Assembly (NCBI GenBank): GCA_001643675.2
Contig: LSRY02000039.1
Location: 124,001-188,000, forward strand
DNA from: Monocercomonoides exilis PA203
Lineage: Eukaryota; Protista; Preaxostyla
DNA: 64,000 nucleotides
Direction of reading: 5' to 3'
Under the pieces are notes generated by a model. It was not told the DNA's origin and did not search any database. It worked only from the letters and a program-made list of their open reading frames with translations. Position numbers and translations under genes: made by a program. Below are positions 61,799-64,000 of the stretch, one piece after another (the first letter of the stretch is position 1; each line of letters opens with the position of its first letter).

Positions 61799-62055
61799 AG
61801 GTGATTATTTTTTGAAATCATATGTTTTTATTCAAAAAATTCGGTTCAAAAATTCCCCAGAAATATAAATATATGATCATTGAAAAGTGAAAAGACTAAT
61901 AAAAGACATCTTCATCTTTATTTCAGGCTTTTCATTAGTTTTTCAAGCAGTTGTGATGAGTTTTACGTTGGAATACAGAATCGCTTACCAACAACAAACA
62001 AAACTTTATAAAAATAACATCCAGAAAAAAGTTATGATTTCAAAAATAATAACCC
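61799..62055. mobile_element. 257 bp MITE-like element, ATAT-TSD family
   Basis: ATAT|aggtgattattttttgaaatcata ... tatgatttcaaaaataataaccc|ATAT. Confidence 0.8.
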
Positions 62056-62703
62056 ATATCTGGGGAATAAATCTGTATAATTGTTTTTTCTGAAAGAAAA
62101 TTGTGAACCGTGAATTTTGAAATATGCAATCCAGAAGAAGAAACCTCGTGTGATATTGTTCGATGTGTGGTTTATGGATTTTGCTTCATTTTTTGTCTAT
62201 TGAGATTCTTGTTTCGATCATTGTTCACTATTTTTTCACTTCCTTTTTGTTTTTCATTGTGAATAATATCTTTTCTAATCTGCAGTTTTTTGTATATATC
62301 TGCTGGTGGTGATGTTTGTGAGTGTACATTCATTCGCATACAAGCTTTCGGACTTGCTTCTTCCACACATTTCTGTATAAATCTGTATGTTTTTTTCTTT
62401 TTTCGATAGTTGCTGGAGTGTGTGGCCTTTTGTATTTTCCTTCAACCTCAGTATCCTTCTGCCTGAATTGTTCAATTTTTTTCTCTGTCTTCCTTTTCTT
62501 TCAAAGCTGCTCTCATTCTAATATTTTCATGTATCATTTCTTCCAAAGGAGTGAAAAATGCATTACGATGTATTCAACTCTGTATTCTGATATAATATGA
62601 ACTTGGCTACTCAATAACATCCTTTTGTTTGGTGTTCTGGCGTCTTGAAATGAAACCGTTTGCATCGTTAATTTAGAAAAATTTCGGTCAGTGATTGAGT
62701 AAT

Positions 62704-62776
62704 TATTTTATTTTTATTTTTTATTTTTATTTTTATTTTTATTTTTATTTTTATTTTTATTTTTATTTTTATTTTT
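62704..62776. repeat. (TTTTTA)n tandem repeat, ~12 units
   Basis: Direct reading; lies at the right edge of the transposon island. Confidence 0.9.
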
Positions 62777-62988
62777 GATAGAACTCATCAAAAATATTAT
62801 GAATAGATGTATTTTTTGATATCGAATTATTTTTTTTCTTCCCAAACTGCTTCAAGTCAAATGATTTTTTTAATCTTAAAAATTCTGTTAATTTGAACAT
62901 AAAAGCGATTTTTGTCTATTCCATAATAATTCATTCAGAATTAGTTTCTCCGAGTTATTAGTTTATGGGTATGAAAACTGGTTTATAA

Positions 62989-63618
62989 ATGGAATCAACT
63001 GTGGAAGTTTTAAGACCAATACAAACACGATGCTCGTGCAGAAGAGTTTAAACAATGCAATATATTTATATTAGTAATATAATAATATTTTTGTCTTTTT
63101 AGTACGACCCAAAGCCTGTTCATCGAGAATTGCTTGAGGCTGTTCTTGAATCAGGAAGAAGGGCACCGTCTGGTAAAAACTTGCAACCTTGGCATTTTTA
63201 TGCTGTTGTGAATTCTGAGAAAAACAAGGAGATTGGTAGAAAAATCCAGCCAATTCTCGAAGAAAAAGTTCCACAGTTGAAAGGAAAAGCTGAACATATC
63301 GGCGTTTCAAACACGTTGTTTTATGATTCACCAGTTGTAATTTATATTACTGTTAAGAAAGATGGACTTTCAACAAAGTACATAGATTTGGGAATTGCAA
63401 TCGAAAATATGATGCTTCAAGCAGAAGCGCTTGGCTTATGCACACTTCCAGCAGCTATGCCCCAATGGTTTGGCTCAGAAATTATTACAAAAGAACTTGG
63501 CATTCCAGATTCGGAAGAATTTGTTATATCACTTTCATTGGGTTATCAACACCCTTCATTTGAAAAGAAACCTACTCAACGTGAACCTTTGGAAAAGGTC
63601 GTCACTTTTATTGAATAA
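62989..63618 (+). CDS. FMN-dependent nitroreductase family protein, 2 exons
   Basis: MESTVEVLRPIQTRCSCRR|YDPKPV..LESGRRAPSGKNLQPWHF..DLGIAIENMMLQAEALGLCT..ISLSLGY; intron ~63046-63102. Confidence 0.92.
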
Positions 63619-64000
63619 ACCAAAGAAATACTTGAGTCTTATTTTATGAGTTATTTTTATAACGAATTGATGTTTTTTAATTTTGCGTTTTTTTTGATCT
63701 TAATGATATGAGAATATTTTTCATCCAAGCTTTCGGAATTGTTGGATAAAATATTCGCAAATAATGTTATTGAATGTGATATTAAAGACTTTCAGAGAAT
63801 ATTTTTCTTTTTTCTTACAAATAAAAATAAAAAGATAAAACATGTTTTCCAGAACTCGTTAAAGAAATTTTTTTTCCTGAAAGAAAATAAAAAATTTAAA
63901 AAATATCAATCTACACATGGAAATATCTCAATAAAAAAGACCAGTTGATGAAAAATAACAAACAAACAAAAAAAAAAAAAAATCATTCATTTTCAAAAAG

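Larger units (their letters stand above)
60930..62697 (-). mobile_element. Tc1/IS630-like transposase relic, copy 2, carrying two nested insertions
   Basis: ISCINET..YGWAERGEKVLVP..QSITAVISIS..VNYEVFE..TTH..GHVVFQNAACSSILNPIKNVF; collinear with copy 1. Confidence 0.75.

Noticed and set aside
58540-62055. ATAT elements as introner-like spliced insertions
   Set aside because: No GT...AG pairs positioned for clean removal on the host coding strand, and the hosts are dead.
1-64000. TAA/TAG-to-Gln reassignment as in some oxymonads
   Set aside because: Fibrillarin and nitroreductase end at TAA at expected positions and long Gln-rich ORFs use only CAA/CAG.
1-64000. CRISPR array, rRNA or telomeric repeats
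   Set aside because: No repeat-spacer array, rRNA motifs or TTAGGG tracts seen.

Overview
Eukaryotic, AT-rich, gene-dense genomic DNA with many short spliceosomal introns (mostly GT-AG) and the standard genetic code. Composition, intron style, Ser/Glu low-complexity exons and a characteristic expanded hypothetical family suggest an oxymonad such as Monocercomonoides (inference, not verified). Recognisable genes, spliced by hand: TAF8, fibrillarin, a stand-alone Par3/HAL-N-terminal-like protein, a SCAR/WAVE-homology-like protein, DCC1, a 2.2-kaa acidic protein, a GloC/YcbL-type MBL hydrolase, an RCHY1/PIRH2-like ligase, calcineurin A, a CBM20-phosphatase fusion, a secretory FKBP, LRRC9, an FHA protein, a nitroreductase, a decayed fatty acyl-AMP ligase, and tRNA-Ala(AGC), tRNA-Leu(AAG) and tRNA-Glu(TTC). 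Two gene-free islands (~7.6-21.0 kb and ~55.9-62.9 kb) abut the tRNA genes and hold nested DNA-transposon relics (pogo-like, Sola-like, a complete Merlin with TIRs and TSD, two Tc1/IS630-like copies). Main novel candidates: (1) six ~240-270 bp GG...CC-ended elements flanked by ATAT, whose 4-bp TSD is supported because excising two of them restores host transposase reading frames; (2) tRNA-bounded transposon islands; (3) a laforin-like CBM20 + Cys-phosphatase architecture with a non-laforin-looking catalytic domain; (4) 5-nt and 9-nt microexons. All exon structures and family calls come from manual reading, with no searches run.
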